Under the pieces are notes generated by a model. It made no database searches, was not told the origin of the DNA, and was given only the letters and a program-made list of their open reading frames with translations. The position numbers and the translations under genes were made by a program. A stretch of 6,520 nucleotides of DNA, taken from Vibrio cholerae ATCC 14035. Lineage in GTDB: Bacteria > Pseudomonadota > Gammaproteobacteria > Enterobacterales > Vibrionaceae. Below are positions 4,807-6,520 of this stretch, in pieces. The stretch spans positions 1 through 6,520 of the forward strand of contig NZ_JHXR01000048.1 in assembly GCF_000621645.1 (NCBI RefSeq). The letters are read 5' to 3'. Within the stretch, counting starts at the first letter, position 1. The number at the start of each line of letters is the position of its first letter.

Positions 4807-5475
4807 TTAATCTTTCGTCACGTTAACTTCTCGCAACCAAAACTTAGGGTTATGCGAGCCATCATGAGTTTTGCCTTTTGAGATCATTATTCGGCACAGT
4901 GCTAACGCAGTAATAGGAATTAACACATGAAAAACAAACCCAACTGAACAATTTTCTTTGTATGTCGATAGTGAAAAGATCACTAACACACACCAGATAA
5001 ACAACGTAAAGACAGCAACCCATTGGTTAATTTTAGAAACAGAGTATCGTTGAGGGCCTGTTATATATTTTTTACAGAACTCACTTTCAGGCGGTCGTTC
5101 CAAAAAGGATTTGTATAATGGCCCTGTAACGCTATCTTCTAGAAGATCTAGATGATTTTCCCAGTTTTCCTGCCAATACTTGCTACCTTTATTCGCAGAA
5201 AACCAAGCGAAAGTAAAAACAAAACCAGTTGAAGCAATTATTGTTAGGAACAGCGACTGACCACCACCTTTAAAATCTCCTGAAGCTACGGCAAAGAAGC
5301 CGGCAAAGGCAACCGCTATCAATGCCCAAAAATACGTCGCTCTTTTCCAGTAAAGCTCGATTTCAAACTTTCGTATATCTGAAGCTTGAGCAAATGCCGA
5401 CTGTAATAAAATAGAGTGCGATTTATCTGTCTCAAATTTCTTTATGTATTCTTCTTTATCGTACTGTTTACTCAT
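4807..5475 (-). CDS. Orphan 222-aa integral membrane protein with two TM hairpins (4 TM); function unknown (cassette 7)
   Basis: I place the start at Met26 of the track ORF (ATG 5475..5473), which is preceded by TAGGAAA (AATAGGAAACATATG). The earlier ATG at 5490 sits in the attC R' box (GTTATATG), and the one at 5550 lies inside VCR-H. The TM segments are YFWALIAVAFAGFFAVA, LFLTIIASTGFVFTFAWFSA, WVAVFTLFIWCVLVIFSL and VGFVFHVLIPITALALCRIMI. A Trp/acidic-rich loop, KYWQENWENHLDLLED, follows the first hairpin. Confidence 0.75.
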   Translation of the reverse strand: MSKQYDKEEYIKKFETDKSHSILLQSAFAQASDIRKFEIELYWKRATYFWALIAVAFAGFFAVASGDFKGGGQSLFLTIIASTGFVFTFAWFSANKGSKYWQENWENHLDLLEDSVTGPLYKSFLERPPESEFCKKYITGPQRYSVSKINQWVAVFTLFIWCVLVIFSLSTYKENCSVGFVFHVLIPITALALCRIMISKGKTHDGSHNPKFWLREVNVTKD

Positions 5476-5491
5476 ATGTTTCCTATTCATA

Positions 5492-5614
5492 TAACGCCCG
5501 CCTAAGGGGCTGACAACGCATACCACTAAACTCAAACACAACAACTGCAACCACCGCGGCTCATTGGGACTGGAAACGCCGCGCGTTGACAGTCCCTCTT
5601 GAGGCGCTTGTTAG
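5492..5614 (-). repeat. attC recombination site (VCR-H), attC of cassette 8
   Basis: A consensus VCR with a 1-nt deletion (gcataccac) and an R''-proximal substitution (GAGGCGCTTGTTAG instead of GAGGCGTTTGTTA). Confidence 0.93.
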
Positions 5615-5639
5615 TTTGCGTGCCAAAGTGACACAAAGA

Positions 5640-5668
5640 TTGCTTGTTGAACACTTTAACGCCATAAT
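5640..5668 (+). promoter_or_regulatory. Putative sigma70 promoter of the inverted DUF1778-GNAT operon
   Basis: TTGCTT (5640..5645) is followed by a 17-nt spacer and CATAAT (5663..5668). It is flanked by the direct repeat TGACACAA (5629..5636 and 5684..5691), with an extra GTGACA at 5675..5680. The SD AGGAG lies at 5693..5697. Confidence 0.55.
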
Positions 5669-5705
5669 GCCCATGTGACAGTTTGACACAACAGGAGATA
5701 AAACT

Positions 5706-5978
5706 ATGGCAACGACTTTGCCTCGCATCACCGCTAGAGTTGATGTCGATACTCAAGATTTACTCGCTAAGGCTGCTGCTCTTGCTGGTATGTCTAGTAT
5801 TAACTCATTTGTTTTGAATGCAGCAATCGAAAAAGCAAAACAAGTCATTGAACGTGAGCAAGCTCTAAAGCTTAGCCAAGCTGATGCCGTATTGCTGATG
5901 GAAGCTCTTGATAATCCAGCTGTAGTAAATGCAAAGCTCAAATTGGCATCCGAACGTTATGAGAGCAAAACTCAATGA
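5706..5978 (+). CDS. DUF1778 (RHH, TacA/AtaR-like) antitoxin, in a cassette inverted relative to the array (cassette 8)
   Basis: The 90-aa product MATTLPRITARVDVDTQDLLAKAAALAGMSSINSFVLNAAIEKA has the typical DUF1778 pattern. AGGAG lies 8 nt upstream. It forms an ATGA overlap with the downstream GNAT gene. Confidence 0.87.
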   Translation: MATTLPRITARVDVDTQDLLAKAAALAGMSSINSFVLNAAIEKAKQVIEREQALKLSQADAVLLMEALDNPAVVNAKLKLASERYESKTQ

Positions 5979-6472
5979 TGAATACGGTACTTCTCGATAA
6001 AGATAAGCACGATAGGAACCGTTTCAATTGTGGCACTGAAGCACTCAACAATTACTTAAAAGTAATGGCGAGTCAGCAAGCCAAAAAAGACAACACCAGA
6101 ACCTTCGTTTTGGAAGATGACAATAACAGTGCTTATATCATCGGCTTTTACACTCTGACTATGACGCCCATTGATTTGAAAGCCTTGCCCGACAAGTTAC
6201 AAAAGAAGCACCAATCCTCAACCTCTGGAGGGCTCATTGCTCGTTTAGCTGTCGACGATAGATACAAAGGAAAAGGTTTTGGTGAGTGGCTACTCATTGA
6301 CGCTCTCAGAAAGCTACTCGCAGCCAGTGACAGTGTAGCGTTCCCTGTTGTCATTGTTGATGCCAAAGATGGTGCAAAACATTTCTATGAGCGCTATGGG
6401 TTTCAAGCGTTTCAAGATGCCGAAAACAAACTCTTCATCACCATTGCTGATATCAGAGCAAGCTTAGGCTAG
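5975..6472 (+). CDS. GNAT-family acetyltransferase toxin (TacT/AtaT-like), in the inverted cassette (cassette 8)
   Basis: The 165-aa product carries KHDRNRFNCGTEALNNYLK, the acetyl-CoA loop RLAVDDRYKGKGFG, and FYERYGF. It is translationally coupled to the DUF1778 gene. Confidence 0.87.
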   Translation: MMNTVLLDKDKHDRNRFNCGTEALNNYLKVMASQQAKKDNTRTFVLEDDNNSAYIIGFYTLTMTPIDLKALPDKLQKKHQSSTSGGLIARLAVDDRYKGKGFGEWLLIDALRKLLAASDSVAFPVVIVDAKDGAKHFYERYGFQAFQDAENKLFITIADIRASLG

Positions 6473-6494
6473 TTATCCACTACCTTTAGCAAAC

Positions 6495-6520
6495 TAACGC
6501 CCGCCTAAGGGGCTGGCAAC
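6495..6520 (-). repeat. attC recombination site (VCR-I), R'-proximal 26 nt only, truncated by the window edge
   Basis: TAACGCCCGCCTAAGGGGCTGGCAAC is identical to the start of VCR-C and VCR-F. Confidence 0.85.

Larger units (their letters stand above)
1..6520 (-). mobile_element. Chromosomal (super)integron gene-cassette array, VCR-type attC sites; 8 complete cassettes plus a left-truncated cassette and the first 26 nt of a further attC
   Basis: There are nine near-identical ~123-bp imperfect-palindrome repeats, spaced 300-1000 bp apart. Each interval holds 1-2 tightly packed ORFs. The repeat ends carry integron core sites (GTTRRRY / RYYYAAC). The repeat matches the Vibrio cholerae repeat (VCR) consensus as I remember it. 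Confidence 0.93.

Noticed and set aside
5660-5690. A divergent minus-strand promoter (TTGTGT, 16-17 nt spacer, CATTAT) that would drive cassettes 7-6-5.
   Set aside because: Both hexamers match too weakly to annotate as a feature. It is kept only as a testable possibility under the promoterless-cassette finding.
340-6520. Regularly spaced direct repeats that could be read as a CRISPR array or as MITE/REP elements.
   Set aside because: The repeats are ~123 bp, far longer than CRISPR repeats. The intervals are 300-1000 bp and contain complete genes. Each repeat is an imperfect palindrome ending in integron core sites (GTTRRRY / RYYYAAC). No cas genes, terminal inverted repeats with target-site duplications, or transposase are present.
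1-6520. Integron integrase (intIA), attI site or Pc promoter.
   Set aside because: There is no tyrosine-recombinase-like ORF and no attI-like sequence in the window. All recombination sites are attC type, so this is an internal array segment.

Overview
This window is an internal segment of a Vibrio cholerae-type chromosomal superintegron (sedentary chromosomal integron) cassette array. Nine copies of the ~123-bp VCR-class attC repeat are present: eight complete and one cut by the right edge. On the + strand each reads TAACGCCCGCCTAAGGGGCTG...GTCCCTCTTGAGGCGTTTGTTA. They delimit 8 complete cassettes of 429-1139 bp, plus one cassette truncated at the left edge. The cassette sense strand is the minus strand: seven cassettes carry minus-strand ORFs whose stops abut or lie inside the TAACAAACGCC end of the attC. 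attI and intIA should therefore lie beyond the right edge; neither is in the window.

Cassette content from right to left, which is the array's 5'->3' direction:
- Cassette 8: an inverted DUF1778-GNAT toxin-antitoxin (TA) pair.
- Cassette 7: an orphan 4-TM membrane protein.
- Cassette 6: an orphan 95-aa protein with one hydrophobic segment and a TTG start.
- Cassette 5: an integron-type MazG-like NTP pyrophosphohydrolase.
- Cassette 4: a second, divergent DUF1778-GNAT TA pair with a non-consensus attC.
- Cassette 3: a Phd/YefM-ParE/RelE TA pair.
- Cassette 2: a family IV (HSL-type) esterase.
- Cassette 1: an 80-aa split zinc-ribbon protein.
- Cassette 0: a 2-TM protein running off the left edge.

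The best candidates for an undescribed system are the promoterless orphan cassettes 7, 6 and 1. They are compact, have no recognisable enzymatic motif, and sit in the genomic context where small anti-phage or abortive-infection modules have been reported. All functional calls rest on motif recognition by eye, with no database search.
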